From: Minisyncoccota bacterium
GTDB lineage: Bacteria > Patescibacteriota > Minisyncoccia > UBA6257 > UBA9933
Length of the DNA stretch: 64,000 bases
Assembly (NCBI GenBank): GCA_041653755.1
Contig: JBAZEU010000001.1
Coordinates: 1,398 to 65,397, forward strand
Reading direction: 5' to 3'
The position numbers were made by a program, and so were the translations under genes. How positions within the stretch are numbered: the first letter of the stretch is position 1; every line of letters begins with the position of its first letter. Of the stretch, positions 17,472-28,180 are shown piece by piece. The notes below the pieces were generated by a model, which made no database searches, was not told the DNA's origin, and saw only the letters and a list, made by a program, of their open reading frames with translations.

Positions 17472-17999
17472 ATGCGATATAAGGATCAGAGGGTTGGAAT
17501 TTTCATTGATGTTCAGAATTTGTATCATTCTGCCAAACATCTCTACTCCAGCCGTGTTAATTACAAAGAACTTTTAAGATTTTTATTAGCCGGAAGAAAT
17601 CCGATCAGGATTATTGGCTACGTCGTTAAAAGCGAAGGAATTGGAGGCGATAATCGGCCTGACGCATCGAAAAGCGAAAAACTTTTCTTCGATGCTTTGG
17701 AAAAAGCCGGTGTTGAGTTAAGAAGTAAAGATTTACAAATTTATCCTGGCGGACTTAAAAAAGCTGATTGGGACGTTGGGTTGGCAGTCGACGCTATCAG
17801 AATGGCGTCGGCTTTAGATGTAGTCATTTTAGTAACTGGCGATGGCGATTTCGTTCCATTGGTTGAGTATTTGAAATGGGGCTTGGGCAGACAAGTTGAA
17901 ATTGCCGGTTTTTCAAGAAGCGCTTCTGCCAAGCTAAAAGATTCAGCTGATTTGTTTCTAAACATCGAGGAGATCCCAAAGATTTTAATCAGAAAATAA
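17472..17999 (+). CDS. NYN-domain (LabA/DUF88) protein
   Basis: IFIDVQNLY, KADWDVGLAVDA, LVTGDGDFVPLV. Confidence 0.92.
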   Translation: MRYKDQRVGIFIDVQNLYHSAKHLYSSRVNYKELLRFLLAGRNPIRIIGYVVKSEGIGGDNRPDASKSEKLFFDALEKAGVELRSKDLQIYPGGLKKADWDVGLAVDAIRMASALDVVILVTGDGDFVPLVEYLKWGLGRQVEIAGFSRSASAKLKDSADLFLNIEEIPKILIRK

Positions 18000-18006
18000 T
18001 TCAATA

Positions 18007-20091
18007 ATGAATTTAGATAGAAAACAATTTGAAACCGAAGTGGCCGGGCAGAAGGTCATTTTTGAAGTTTCCAAAATCGGCGAGCAAGCCAGTGCGGCAG
18101 TTTTGGGTAAATATGGAGAAACAGTGGTGTTAGCGACAGTGGTTATGGATAAAAAAGATAGGGAAGCAAACTATATGCCGTTAACGGTTGATTATGAAGA
18201 GAAGTTTTACGCGGCTGGGAAAATTTTAGGCAGTCGTTTTGTCAGGCGGGAAGGAAAGCCGTCGGAAGAAGGCATTCTTTCAGCGCGTTTAATCGATAGG
18301 ACTATTCGTCCCCTTTTTGACCAGAGGATAAGAAGAGGAATCCAGGTGATAGCTACGGTTCTCTCTTATGACGAAGAAAACGATCCTGATTTTATTGCTT
18401 TGATGTCTGCTTCTTTGGCTTTAGCAATTTCTGACGTGCCTTGGAATGGTCCGGTTGGCGGAGTGAGAATAGCTTTGTCAAAAGACGGAAAGATTATTCT
18501 GAACCCGACCAATCTACAGATGGTTGACGCAAGATTCAAAACAATTGTTTCTGGGCCAAAAGGCAAAATTAATATGATCGAGTTAGAAGGCGGTCAGATA
18601 CAAGAAAAAGAAGTTATTGAAGCGTTTAAGCTAGCGACAAGCGAAATAGATAAGCTTGTTGATTTTCAAAACGAAATCGTAAAACAAATTGGTAAGAATA
18701 AAACCGTTGTTCCTTTGGCTGAACCAGAAGCAGAGCTTAAAACCGAAGTTCAAAAATATCTTTCAGATAAACTAGAAGCGGTAGTTTATGTAAAAGAAAA
18801 AACTGATCGCCAATCAAATCTTTTTGATTTAACAAAAGAATTAAAAGATTATTTAACAGAAAAAGGTTTCGCCAATTTAACTTTGGTGGATAATTTAATT
18901 GATGAAGCGATAGAAAATTTAGTTCGTAAAAATGTTTTAGAGTCAGAGAGACGACCAGACCTTAGAAAGCTTGATGAGTTAAGACCGCTTTACGCTGAAG
19001 TTTCTTTATTAAAGCGGTTGCACGGTTCAGCAATTTTCGTTCGGGGCAATACGCAATCATTAGCAGTAACAACATTGGCGGCGCCTGGCTCTGAACAGTT
19101 AATTGAAACAATGGAAACATCTACCAAGCGAAGATTTTTGCTCCATTATAACTTCCCTCCGTTTTCAGTAGGAGAAACCGGTCCGTTAAGGGGACCGGGT
19201 CGCAGAGATATCGGTCATGGCGCTTTAGCGGAAAAAGCCGTACGTAATCTTCTTCCCTCACAAGACGAATTTCCTTATACAATCAGGGTGGTTTCTGAGA
19301 TTCTTTCTTCAAATGGTTCTTCTTCGATGGCCACGGTTTGCGCCACTTCTTTATCTTTGATGGATGCCGGAGTGCCGATTAAAAATCCGGCAGCCGGTAT
19401 TGCTATGGGTTTGGTAACAGACGGCAAGAATCATAAAGTTCTTACCGATATTCAAGGCCCGGAAGATCATTTCGGTGATATGGATTGTAAGGTAGCCGGC
19501 ACCCAAGAAGGAATAACGGCTATGCAAATGGATACGAAAGTTGAAGGACTTGGCATAGACGTTTTAGAAAAAGTTTTGATTCAAGCCAAAAAAGCGCGAT
19601 TGGAAATTTTAGATGTTATAACTAAAACCTTAGATAAGCCACGAGCAGAAATTTCTACTTATGCTCCGACGGTTTTGGCTCATACGATTTTGCCGGAACA
19701 AATCAGAGATGTGATTGGTCCGGGCGGCCGAGTGATTAACGGCATTATGGAATCAACAGGCGCTACTACTATTGATGTTGAACAAACCGGGAAAGTTTTC
19801 GTCGCTGCGTCTTCAAAAGAAAAAGCTGAAGCCGCGATGAATCAAATTAAAGGAATTACTCATAAATATCAAATTGGTGAAATTATTGATGGGGAAGTTA
19901 TAAAGATTTTGGACTTTGGCGCTATTGTCGGCTTCAACGGGAAAGATGGTCTTCTTCATATTTCAGAAATGAAAGACGGTTTTGTCAAAAAAACCGAGGA
20001 CGTTGTAAAGCTCGGCGATAAGCTTAGGGTGAAAATTATCAAAGTTGACGACGATGGTCGGCTTGGATTAACATTGAAAAACGTAGAGTAA
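18007..20091 (+). CDS. pnp: polyribonucleotide nucleotidyltransferase
   Basis: Two RNase PH domains (RLIDRTIRP, HYNFPPFSVGE, GDMDCKVAGT), KH and S1 domains. Confidence 0.98.
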   Translation: MNLDRKQFETEVAGQKVIFEVSKIGEQASAAVLGKYGETVVLATVVMDKKDREANYMPLTVDYEEKFYAAGKILGSRFVRREGKPSEEGILSARLIDRTIRPLFDQRIRRGIQVIATVLSYDEENDPDFIALMSASLALAISDVPWNGPVGGVRIALSKDGKIILNPTNLQMVDARFKTIVSGPKGKINMIELEGGQIQEKEVIEAFKLATSEIDKLVDFQNEIVKQIGKNKTVVPLAEPEAELKTEVQKYLSDKLEAVVYVKEKTDRQSNLFDLTKELKDYLTEKGFANLTLVDNLIDEAIENLVRKNVLESERRPDLRKLDELRPLYAEVSLLKRLHGSAIFVRGNTQSLAVTTLAAPGSEQLIETMETSTKRRFLLHYNFPPFSVGETGPLRGPGRRDIGHGALAEKAVRNLLPSQDEFPYTIRVVSEILSSNGSSSMATVCATSLSLMDAGVPIKNPAAGIAMGLVTDGKNHKVLTDIQGPEDHFGDMDCKVAGTQEGITAMQMDTKVEGLGIDVLEKVLIQAKKARLEILDVITKTLDKPRAEISTYAPTVLAHTILPEQIRDVIGPGGRVINGIMESTGATTIDVEQTGKVFVAASSKEKAEAAMNQIKGITHKYQIGEIIDGEVIKILDFGAIVGFNGKDGLLHISEMKDGFVKKTEDVVKLGDKLRVKIIKVDDDGRLGLTLKNVE

Positions 20092-20093
20092 AA

Positions 20094-21389
20094 ATGATTG
20101 ATTTAAAAGCGTTAAATCGTTTAATAGAGCAGATTGCGGAAGAAAAAGGCCTTGAAAAAGAAAAGGTTTTAGGCGCGATTGAAGATGCGATTGCGGCTGC
20201 TTATAAAAAAGAGTACGGCGAAAGAGGCGCTTGGGTTAAGTGCGTTTTGAGTTTGAAAACTGGCGAGATGGAATTTTACAGATCGAAAACCGTGGTTGAT
20301 GAAACAACGGTTAGAATAGCGGAAGAAGGAGAAGAGGAAAAAGAAGACAAGAAAGATGGAGAAGATGTTTTACCGAGATACAACCCCGAAAGACATATTT
20401 TTTTGAAAGAAGCGAAAGAAACAAAGAAAGACGCGCAATTAGGCGAGGAGATTTTATTTCCCCTAGAAGAGCATCAGGATTTTGGACGTATTGCCGCCCA
20501 AGTTGCCAAGCAGGTAATTTTACAAAAATTCAGAGAAGCGGAAAAATCTTCGATTATTGAAGAGTTTAAAAAGAAAGAAGGCGAAATTGTCAGCGGTATT
20601 ATCCAAAGAATCGAACACGGTAATATTTACATTAATCTTGGCCGAACAACCGGAGTAATGTTTTTCAATGAAACTATCCCGGGCGAATATTACAAAATTG
20701 GCGATAGGAAAAGGTTCTACCTGCTAGCGGTTCAGGAAGAAACCAAGAGGATGCCGGGGTTGGTTCTTTCCCGAATGCATCCGCATTTTATTAATAAGCT
20801 TTTTGAAATGGAAGTGCCGGAAATTCACGACGGTGTTGTGGAAATTAAAGGCGTTAGTCGTGAGGCCGGCAGTAGAACTAAAATTGCTGTTGCTTCGACT
20901 GTTGATGGCGTTGATCCAGTAGGGAGCTGTATTGGCCAGAAAGGCATCAGGGTAATGACGATTACCGATGAGCTTGGTCAGGAGAAAATTGACGTTATCC
21001 CCTGGTCAGATGATGCGGCAAAGTTTGTCGGGTCAAGTTTATCGCCAGCCAAAGTTAGATCGGTTGAAATTTTACCGCGTCGGGAGGCGTTGGTTTATGT
21101 GCCTGATGATCAATTATCTTTAGCAATCGGCAAAGGCGGTCAGAATGTACGTTTAGCCGCCAAATTGACTGGTTGGAAGATTGACGTCAGATCTCAATCA
21201 AACCCAGAAGAAGTTTTAGAGTGCGGCGTAGCCGGAGTGGTTGAAGAGAAAGAAGAACCGGTGATAGAATCAGAGGAAGTCAAAGAGGTTAAGCCGGAAG
21301 GAACAGAAAAGCCAGTGAAAAAACCAAGAGCCGTGCCTTCCGGCAGGCAGGCTAAAAAAACCAAAAAAGAAGAAAAAACAGAAGAATAA
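20094..21389 (+). CDS. nusA: transcription termination factor NusA
   Basis: [42 protein letters not shown]. Confidence 0.98.
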   Translation: MIDLKALNRLIEQIAEEKGLEKEKVLGAIEDAIAAAYKKEYGERGAWVKCVLSLKTGEMEFYRSKTVVDETTVRIAEEGEEEKEDKKDGEDVLPRYNPERHIFLKEAKETKKDAQLGEEILFPLEEHQDFGRIAAQVAKQVILQKFREAEKSSIIEEFKKKEGEIVSGIIQRIEHGNIYINLGRTTGVMFFNETIPGEYYKIGDRKRFYLLAVQEETKRMPGLVLSRMHPHFINKLFEMEVPEIHDGVVEIKGVSREAGSRTKIAVASTVDGVDPVGSCIGQKGIRVMTITDELGQEKIDVIPWSDDAAKFVGSSLSPAKVRSVEILPRREALVYVPDDQLSLAIGKGGQNVRLAAKLTGWKIDVRSQSNPEEVLECGVAGVVEEKEEPVIESEEVKEVKPEGTEKPVKKPRAVPSGRQAKKTKKEEKTEE

Positions 21390-21394
21390 AATTA

Positions 21395-21979
21395 ATGAAT
21401 TTAATTCCAACAGTAATTGAAAAATCTTTTGACGGCGAAAGGGCCTATGATATTTATTCTCGTCTTTTAAAAGACAGGATAATCTTTTTGAGCGGGCCGA
21501 TCACTGATGCGACGGCAAATACCGTTATTGCTCAGCTTTTATTTTTAGAGCAAGAGGATCCTAAGAAAGATGTAAAACTTTATGTTAACAGCCCTGGCGG
21601 TTCAGTAACTGCTGGTTTGGCGATCTATGACACGATGCAGCATATAAAATGCGATGTAGCGACTATTTGCGTCGGCATGGCTGCGTCAATGGGAGCGGTG
21701 CTTTTAGGAGCTGGTGCGAAAGGAAAGAGATCTGCTTTGCCGAACTCTGAAATTTTGCTTCATCAATTAATGGGCGGAGTTGAAGGTCAGGCAATCGAAG
21801 TGGAAATAGCCGCAAAGCATATCATCAAAATAAAAGAACGACTAAATCAAATCATAGCCAAGCATACTAATCAGCCGTTAGAAAAAATAGGAAGAGACAC
21901 CGACCGTGATTTCTGGCTGACTGCCGATGAAGCCAAGGATTATGGTTTAATAGATCAAATTATAAAGACGAAGAAGTAG
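21395..21979 (+). CDS. clpP: ATP-dependent Clp protease proteolytic subunit
   Basis: [26 protein letters not shown]. Confidence 0.98.
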   Translation: MNLIPTVIEKSFDGERAYDIYSRLLKDRIIFLSGPITDATANTVIAQLLFLEQEDPKKDVKLYVNSPGGSVTAGLAIYDTMQHIKCDVATICVGMAASMGAVLLGAGAKGKRSALPNSEILLHQLMGGVEGQAIEVEIAAKHIIKIKERLNQIIAKHTNQPLEKIGRDTDRDFWLTADEAKDYGLIDQIIKTKK

Positions 21980-22109
21980 TTTCAGAACACTGCATTACTC
22001 TTCGGAAACACGTTTCGTTTGACACGAAGCGCGTTTTTTGTTTATATTAAAATCTGGATAGTTCGTTGAAAAACCAATAAATTTTTGTAATTAACCAAAG
22101 GGGGTCAAA

Positions 22110-22664
22110 ATGTCAATTTATGAAATGCAGTTGGTCTTGAGATGCACAGATGTGAGATTGAGGAGTGGTTTAAGAATGTTCGCGAAGGAAAAGTTAATGG
22201 TAGTGGATGGTATAGGATTGTTTGTTCGTTATGACGACGAGAAACGGCTTACTCCGGCTATTATTAGAAGCCACTTAATCGGCGGAGAAACTACATATTG
22301 TTATGTAGAAGCTGATTCGCCTGACAAAGCAATAAATAAATTTTATGCAGAATGGGAAGGCGCTAAGATTGGGGGTGAAACTCCAGGATCAAAAGCGCTA
22401 AGAATTGACAGCGCAGAAGAGATCGTTGAGCTCCCGTTTTGCAGCAGACAGCGTAAGAATAAGAAAGGAGAATTTATTTGTGGTGATCCTCTCAAAGATG
22501 GTCAAGGCGAGTTTGGAATGTGTATCATTGAAGGCTACGATGCTCCGGATGACTGCGTAATAGCCGTTTTCCATGATAAATTGTACAAGGCTCATGAGAA
22601 AGGAATTGTGAAGGTAGAAACCGTGAAAGGTTTCCGGTTCGTCAGGGCCAATCAGTTTGTTTGA
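22110..22664 (+). CDS. hypothetical Cys-containing protein (self-contained cassette)
   Basis: Own promoter TTGACA at 22019, SD AAGGGGG, terminator at 22682. Confidence 0.65.
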   Translation: MSIYEMQLVLRCTDVRLRSGLRMFAKEKLMVVDGIGLFVRYDDEKRLTPAIIRSHLIGGETTYCYVEADSPDKAINKFYAEWEGAKIGGETPGSKALRIDSAEEIVELPFCSRQRKNKKGEFICGDPLKDGQGEFGMCIIEGYDAPDDCVIAVFHDKLYKAHEKGIVKVETVKGFRFVRANQFV

Positions 22665-22681
22665 TCTTTTTGTTGAAACCC

Positions 22682-22717
22682 AAAGCGGTTTATCTCGAAA
22701 CGAGGTAAACCGCTTTT
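22682..22717. terminator. bidirectional terminator between convergent genes
   Basis: AAAGCGGTTTATCTCG-AAA-CGAGGTAAACCGCTTT. Confidence 0.8.
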
Positions 22718-22738
22718 ATATTTCTTTACTTAGAATTT

Positions 22739-23722
22739 TTATATCAACAATCCTAGTTTCTTTTTGACTTCTTCTAACTTTTTCTCGGATTTTTCACGGG
22801 CTTTTTCGGCGCCATCTTTTGCTACCGCAAGAATTTTTGGCTTCAAAACATTTGATTTCTTGTCTTGAAATTCCCGCAAGTTTTTAACAAGCAATTCGGC
22901 CAACGCGGTTTTAAATTCAACATAGGTTTTACCTTTGAATTTCTCTTCGATTTCTTTAGTTGTTAATCCGGAAAATCCTTCGTAAATTAGCATCAAATTA
23001 GAAATTGCTGGTTTATTTTTTTCGTCAAAAATGACTTCTTTTCCGGAGTCGGTTACGGCTCTTCTTATTTTTTCTTGTATTTCTTCTTCGGAATCCTCTA
23101 AAAATAGGCAGCCGTTTGGATCTGACTTTGACATTTTTTTCTCTGGGTCAATTAAACTCATCAGCCGTGGGGTTTTTGTAAGTAACGGTTTCGGCTCTAC
23201 GAAAACCTCTCCAAATTTTTTATTAAATTTTCTGGTTAAAGTTCTGGTAAATTCTAGGTGCTGGAGCTGGTCTTCGCCAACCGGCACAAATCCAGCGTCA
23301 TAAAGGATAATATCAGCCGCCATTAAGACCGGGTAACTAAAAAGTCCGGCATTAATATTCGTTTGCTGCCTTTGCGATTTATCTTTGAATTGGGTCATTC
23401 TTTGGAGTTCGCCTAAGGGCGTAATGGTATCTAAAACCCAAGTCAATTCGGTGCAAGCCGGAGCTTGCGACTGGATAAAAATGGTTGATTTTTCCGGATC
23501 AATTCCAGCTGCCAAGAAATCAGAAACAACGCTTAAAGTTTCTTCGATTTTGGCTTCGGGATTGAAATTTTCCGTTAAAGAATGCAGGTCAGCGACGAAA
23601 AAATAACAATCGTATTTATCCGAGTTTTGAAGCTCGACAAAATTCTTCAGAGCTCCCAAATAGTTTCCTATATGTAATTTTCCGCTCGGCTGAACGCCAG
23701 AGATTAAGATCGGTTTTGCCAT
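22739..23722 (-). CDS. trpS: tryptophan--tRNA ligase
   Basis: SGVQPSGKLHIGNYLGA, YPVLMAADI, VPVGEDQ, KMSKS. Confidence 0.98.
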   Translation of the reverse strand: MAKPILISGVQPSGKLHIGNYLGALKNFVELQNSDKYDCYFFVADLHSLTENFNPEAKIEETLSVVSDFLAAGIDPEKSTIFIQSQAPACTELTWVLDTITPLGELQRMTQFKDKSQRQQTNINAGLFSYPVLMAADIILYDAGFVPVGEDQLQHLEFTRTLTRKFNKKFGEVFVEPKPLLTKTPRLMSLIDPEKKMSKSDPNGCLFLEDSEEEIQEKIRRAVTDSGKEVIFDEKNKPAISNLMLIYEGFSGLTTKEIEEKFKGKTYVEFKTALAELLVKNLREFQDKKSNVLKPKILAVAKDGAEKAREKSEKKLEEVKKKLGLLI

Positions 23723-23726
23723 GTTT

Positions 23727-25430
23727 TTAGACCTCGATTACCACCGGTATTATTACCGGCCGCCTCTTGGTCTTAGTATACAAAAATTGGCCGATTTGTT
23801 CACGAATCAATGACTTTAAATAATCAGCTTCGATTGGTTGATAATGAGGGATTCTCATTACGGTGTGTTTGATTTTGTTCCTTAGGTCTTCGATGAAATC
23901 CTTATTTTCTTTTAAGTAAATAAATCCGCGAGAAATGATATCAGGATTTTTAAGTAAGCTGCCGTTTTGTCTGTTAAGAGTGATAATAATGACTACCATT
24001 CCTTCTTGGGATAGCGAACGTCTATCGCGCATAACGACTTCTTCAACGTCCCCTACGCCGAGTCCGTCAACCATAACGTAATAGGCGGGGACTGTTTCTT
24101 TGGAGATATGGAATGCGTCTTTGGTGAGTTTAATTATTTCCCCGTTATCAGCTAAGATGCAATTTTTTTGCGGGATTCCAACCTCTGTCGCTAGTTCCGC
24201 GCTCTTATATCGCATAAAGTAATAGCCGTGCGTTGGCATGAAAAACTTTGGTTTTATAAGCCGCATTACTTCTTTCAGCTCTTCTTGCGGTGCATGACCA
24301 GAAGAATGGAAATCAACTACTGCTGATTGATGGATGATTGCTCCTTGACGAGCCAAATTATCTTTTAATGTTTGGATTGCTCTTTCATTACCTGGAATAA
24401 CAGAGGCGGAAAAAACAACTGTGTCGCTCGGCTTTATTTTTATAAATCTATGTTCAGCGTTACTGATTTTCATTAAGCTGGCGTTTGGTTCTCCTTGGGC
24501 ACCGGTACATAAAATCAAAAGTTGCTCATCTCTATATTTGTGGATGTCTTGAATCGGAATTGTTGATTGTTTTTTTATTTTTAGATATCCAAGATTTTGT
24601 GCGATGGTGACATTGTTTTTCATCGAAGTGCCGCTAATCGCCACGTATCTTTTTTGTCTTTCAGCAATCTTAATAATCTCTGCAATTCTTCCTAATAAAG
24701 ATGCGAACATTGCGATAATAATTCTTCCTTTCGCTTTTTTCATCATGTCTTCAATGTTTTTCTCGACTACTCTTTCTGAGACGGTATATCCAGGAATTTC
24801 GGCGCTGGTGCTATCAAGAGAAAGAGTGTGAATTCCCATCTCGCCAACTTTTTTAAACATTTCTAATCCTCTAAAATTATCGTTTTCGTCTCGGTCGATT
24901 TTAAAATCAACAATATGGCAGAAATTGCCAATCGGGGTTTTTAACACCATTCCAAAGGTGTCTGGGACATTGTGTTCTATGGGGAAAAGTTGCACTTCGA
25001 AATATCTTGAGATTTGTATCTTATCTTCTGGCTTTACAACTTCTATCTTTAGTTTTGGCGCGTTAGGTACTTCTTCCTGTCTTTTTTCGATAATGGCTTT
25101 GGTGAGAGCTGTTGTATAGATAGTTGGATTGCCTAATTTTTCGATTATATAAGGAAGAGCGCCGATATGGTCGTAATGAGCATGGGTAAGAAAGAGCGCT
25201 TGGATGTTTTCTTTTTTCGATTCTAATGAGGATACATTTGGGATAATGAAATCAATTCCTGGTGTATCTTCTTCGGGAAATTGAAGCCCGGCGTCAATAA
25301 GCACAATTTCATCTTTGTACTCTAGATACATCATATTGCGGCCGACCTCTTCAAGACCGCCAAGAGGAACGACTTTCAAAGAGTCGCCTTGCGGTTCCAC
25401 TGTTTTGTGTTGTCTTTTTGGTTTAATCAT
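23727..25430 (-). CDS. rnj: ribonuclease J
   Basis: PLGGLEEVGRNM, THAHYDHIG, GAQGEP, HSSGH; ATG at 25430 preferred over the ORF-track start. Confidence 0.95.
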   Translation of the reverse strand: MIKPKRQHKTVEPQGDSLKVVPLGGLEEVGRNMMYLEYKDEIVLIDAGLQFPEEDTPGIDFIIPNVSSLESKKENIQALFLTHAHYDHIGALPYIIEKLGNPTIYTTALTKAIIEKRQEEVPNAPKLKIEVVKPEDKIQISRYFEVQLFPIEHNVPDTFGMVLKTPIGNFCHIVDFKIDRDENDNFRGLEMFKKVGEMGIHTLSLDSTSAEIPGYTVSERVVEKNIEDMMKKAKGRIIIAMFASLLGRIAEIIKIAERQKRYVAISGTSMKNNVTIAQNLGYLKIKKQSTIPIQDIHKYRDEQLLILCTGAQGEPNASLMKISNAEHRFIKIKPSDTVVFSASVIPGNERAIQTLKDNLARQGAIIHQSAVVDFHSSGHAPQEELKEVMRLIKPKFFMPTHGYYFMRYKSAELATEVGIPQKNCILADNGEIIKLTKDAFHISKETVPAYYVMVDGLGVGDVEEVVMRDRRSLSQEGMVVIIITLNRQNGSLLKNPDIISRGFIYLKENKDFIEDLRNKIKHTVMRIPHYQPIEADYLKSLIREQIGQFLYTKTKRRPVIIPVVIEV

Positions 25431-25439
25431 ATTTGTTAG

Positions 25440-25498
25440 TGGGCAGGGCGGGAGTTGAACCCGCAAGGGCGGGGCCCGCTCCGCACCCGCTTCCCCTC
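25440..25498 (-). other. tRNA 3'-half-like element (Leu-type long variable arm, T-arm, acceptor 3' strand)
   Basis: GAGGGGAAGCGGGTGCGGAGCGGGCCCCGCCCTTGCGGGTTCAACTCCCGCCCTGCCCA; no 5' half seen. Confidence 0.6.
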
Positions 25499-25500
25499 TG

Positions 25501-25584
25501 TGCCCCCGAGAGGATTTGAACCTCTAAGAGATTGCTCTCACTGACTCCTGAAGCCAGCGCGTCTGCCATTTTCGCCACGGGGGC
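25501..25584 (-). tRNA. tRNA-Leu(CAG)
   Basis: GCCCCCG/CGGGGGC acceptor stem, anticodon loop TTCAGGA, long variable arm, GGTTCAAATCC. Confidence 0.95.
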
Positions 25585-25606
25585 GCAACGTTTATCGATT
25601 TTCTAC

Positions 25607-26317
25607 TTAGTTTAAAAATTCGAATTTTTCAGGGTTGTTTGTGAATTCTTGATAAATTGGTTTTTTAAATCGCAGTTGTGAAGGCGAATTTTTCGGCAAT
25701 TTATTAATGTTCAATTTTCCAACGGTTTTATAATGAGGGTTTTTAATATTGCCATTGGAAAGAACATAATACCCGGCGCCATACTTGTTTTTCAAAATAG
25801 AATAATCGGATTGAACCTGATTAGAAAAAAGATCAGCAACAATTAAAGTTTGTTTGGAGGGATTAATGATTAAATGATTATAGAAAGCAGGAATGATTAT
25901 TTTAAAAGGAGGTTTTATCCTTTCAAGATATATTTTTTCGGCAGATGCTCCGGGCTCTTGGAGCAAGACTAACGCTTCTCCGCTTAGCACCTCATAGATT
26001 TCCGGGGTTTTGTGGCAATGGCCGATGGTTTTGTTGAATTCTTTTTTGAATTGATACGGGAAAATAGTGGTTATATCGTATCGAAGATGATTATTTTCAA
26101 ATAAATCTTTGTCTTTTTTTAAGCAAACGCCGCGGTACATTACATAGGCGTTTTTCGAAGCGAGAGATTTGTTCGTTTTCCCTCCATAGAGATACGATTC
26201 CAGTTCCTTGATTTTTCTGCCAGCAATAGAGGAAAGAGCGATTTCTTTGGTTAAAATAAGTTTACCATCTTTAAATTTAATTGGCAAACTGCTGGATTTT
26301 TCGAGATCGATTGTCAT
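25607..26317 (-). CDS. cupin-type (archaeal-like) glucose-6-phosphate isomerase family protein
   Basis: YVMYRG, LRYDITTI, KTIGHCH, EIYEVLSG. Confidence 0.8.
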   Translation of the reverse strand: MTIDLEKSSSLPIKFKDGKLILTKEIALSSIAGRKIKELESYLYGGKTNKSLASKNAYVMYRGVCLKKDKDLFENNHLRYDITTIFPYQFKKEFNKTIGHCHKTPEIYEVLSGEALVLLQEPGASAEKIYLERIKPPFKIIIPAFYNHLIINPSKQTLIVADLFSNQVQSDYSILKNKYGAGYYVLSNGNIKNPHYKTVGKLNINKLPKNSPSQLRFKKPIYQEFTNNPEKFEFLN

Positions 26318-26328
26318 ATCTTTTTAAA

Positions 26329-27972
26329 TTATTTGAAGACCCTTATTGTTTTTAAATACCATTTGTCAACGTTATCAAAACGGGCATTTGGCACGGGGAT
26401 ATTTTGTTCTTCGAACCCTTTCAGGTTTTTGCTGGCGATATAGAGATAATTCGGGGAGAGAAGAAAAATAGCTGGTTGATCGTTGGAAATTATTGTCTGG
26501 AAGTTTTTCCAGTCAATGAGCCGGGATTGAACGTCAAAGTTTTGCCTGATTTTTTCTATTAGGGCGTCTACTGATTTATTTTCGTAGAGAGATAAATTAA
26601 GGCCCGGATAAAATCTTTCCGAAGAGTGCCAGAAAGAAAACGGGTCTGGGTTTCTTCCAAAGATATTGCCGAAAAGTATCATTTGATAATCCCGAGTTTT
26701 AACCGCGTCTTCTAATGAAGGCAATTTGATTAGGTTAATTTTAACCCCGATTTTCTGCCAGTTTTCGATTAAAAGATTGGCAGTGCCGGCGAATAAAGGA
26801 TTTTCTGGAGCTATTAGATTAAGTTCTAAAAGAGTTTTATTCTTCCCACTGGTTTTTTCTCTAATGCCATCACTATTTAATTTCCAGCCATCTTTTTCTA
26901 AAATTTCATTAGCTTTATCTAAAGAGAAAAAATTCTGGTCGATCAGATTCGGGTTAAATCCTTCCATGGTCGGCGTAAGCGGTCCAACAACTTCTGTCGC
27001 CATGCCGCCAAATACTTTGTCAATAATAGTTTTCCGGTCGGTCGCATAATTTAAAGCGATTCTTACATTAGAATTTTTCAACGCTCCGTTGGCGTTTTGG
27101 TTAAGGAAAATCGCATAGTATTTAGGAAGATTAACTCTAAAGGTTTGATGGGGCACAGAAATTTCATTTAAAGTCGTTGAAGATATGCCAGCCAACCCGT
27201 TGATTAAGCCGGAATTGAAAGCATCTTTGGCTTTTTCTTCGTCAGCATAAAAATTCAAATTGAAATTTTTCAGATATGGTTTTTTTACCGCGTATTTGTT
27301 TTGAGTCAAGTGATAGGAAACAATAAATCCGTCCTTTTGTTTTTTATAAGATACATATTTGAACGGTCCGGAGCCAACCGGTTCCAGATTATAATTTGAT
27401 AGTTTCAGATTAGTAGCTGGGATATCTGCGAATACGTGTTTTGGAATTGGCCTTAATTCTTGCAAGGTGCTTTCAAAGAAAGAATAAGGCACGGGGAGAG
27501 TTAAGGTTAGCTCTCTTTCGCTCACTCTTTGGGCAGTTATGCCGCTGAAAGCGCTATAGAGTAAAGACTGGGTGCCTAGTCCTTGGATAGTGTCAATTGT
27601 GAAAATTACGTCGTCGCTGGTTAACGGTTGGCCATCGCTCCAGTGGAGGTTGTCTTTTAACCGAATTCTTATTACTTTCCCGTCATCTTCGAATTTGTAA
27701 CTATCGGATAAGCTCAAGACATCTTCAAAAAGCAATTCGGTTAAATCCCGGTCAGCGTCAGAATTAGCCAAGACAGGATTAATGAAAATCGGCTGGCTGG
27801 TTAATCCTTCGGTAAATTCCCCGCCTTCGATCGGCAAGGCAACGGTTTTTTCCTGAATGAAATTAGCGAAAAGAATAATGGCGCTAATCAAAAAAAGCGC
27901 CAGCGCCACGATGAAAAAAATGCGCTCTTTTCTGGAAAAAGATTGGAATATTTTCTTAAGCTTTAAAAACAA
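26329..27972 (-). CDS. ABC transporter substrate-binding protein, family 5 (peptide)
   Basis: WSDGQPLTSDDVIFT, PVGSGPFK, VRIALNYATDR. Confidence 0.9.
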   Translation of the reverse strand: MFLKLKKIFQSFSRKERIFFIVALALFLISAIILFANFIQEKTVALPIEGGEFTEGLTSQPIFINPVLANSDADRDLTELLFEDVLSLSDSYKFEDDGKVIRIRLKDNLHWSDGQPLTSDDVIFTIDTIQGLGTQSLLYSAFSGITAQRVSERELTLTLPVPYSFFESTLQELRPIPKHVFADIPATNLKLSNYNLEPVGSGPFKYVSYKKQKDGFIVSYHLTQNKYAVKKPYLKNFNLNFYADEEKAKDAFNSGLINGLAGISSTTLNEISVPHQTFRVNLPKYYAIFLNQNANGALKNSNVRIALNYATDRKTIIDKVFGGMATEVVGPLTPTMEGFNPNLIDQNFFSLDKANEILEKDGWKLNSDGIREKTSGKNKTLLELNLIAPENPLFAGTANLLIENWQKIGVKINLIKLPSLEDAVKTRDYQMILFGNIFGRNPDPFSFWHSSERFYPGLNLSLYENKSVDALIEKIRQNFDVQSRLIDWKNFQTIISNDQPAIFLLSPNYLYIASKNLKGFEEQNIPVPNARFDNVDKWYLKTIRVFK

Positions 27973-28171
27973 GGTTTAGAATAGCTAAGACGATAAAAAC
28001 AGCGACCAGGACTATGGTGGAGTAGAAAATTACGCGTTCCAACCCTCGTCTGGTCTGATAGAATTCTCCGCCATGACCGCCGAAAATTCCGGATACGCCA
28101 CCGCCCCTTTCCTGGAGAAGGATTAACACTATCAAAACAATAGAAATAATTAGCTGGATGTTTATTAGCAT
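27956..28171 (-). CDS. secG: preprotein translocase subunit SecG
   Basis: LILLQERGGGVSGIFGG...TRRGLE; two TM helices. Confidence 0.9.
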   Translation of the reverse strand: MLINIQLIISIVLIVLILLQERGGGVSGIFGGHGGEFYQTRRGLERVIFYSTIVLVAVFIVLAILNLVFKA

Positions 28172-28180
28172 TTTGTTCTT

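Noticed and set aside
25440-25470. tmRNA 3' end
   Set aside because: The T-arm is similar, but the acceptor strand CCTGCCCA lacks the alanine G:U identity and there is no room for a tmRNA body.
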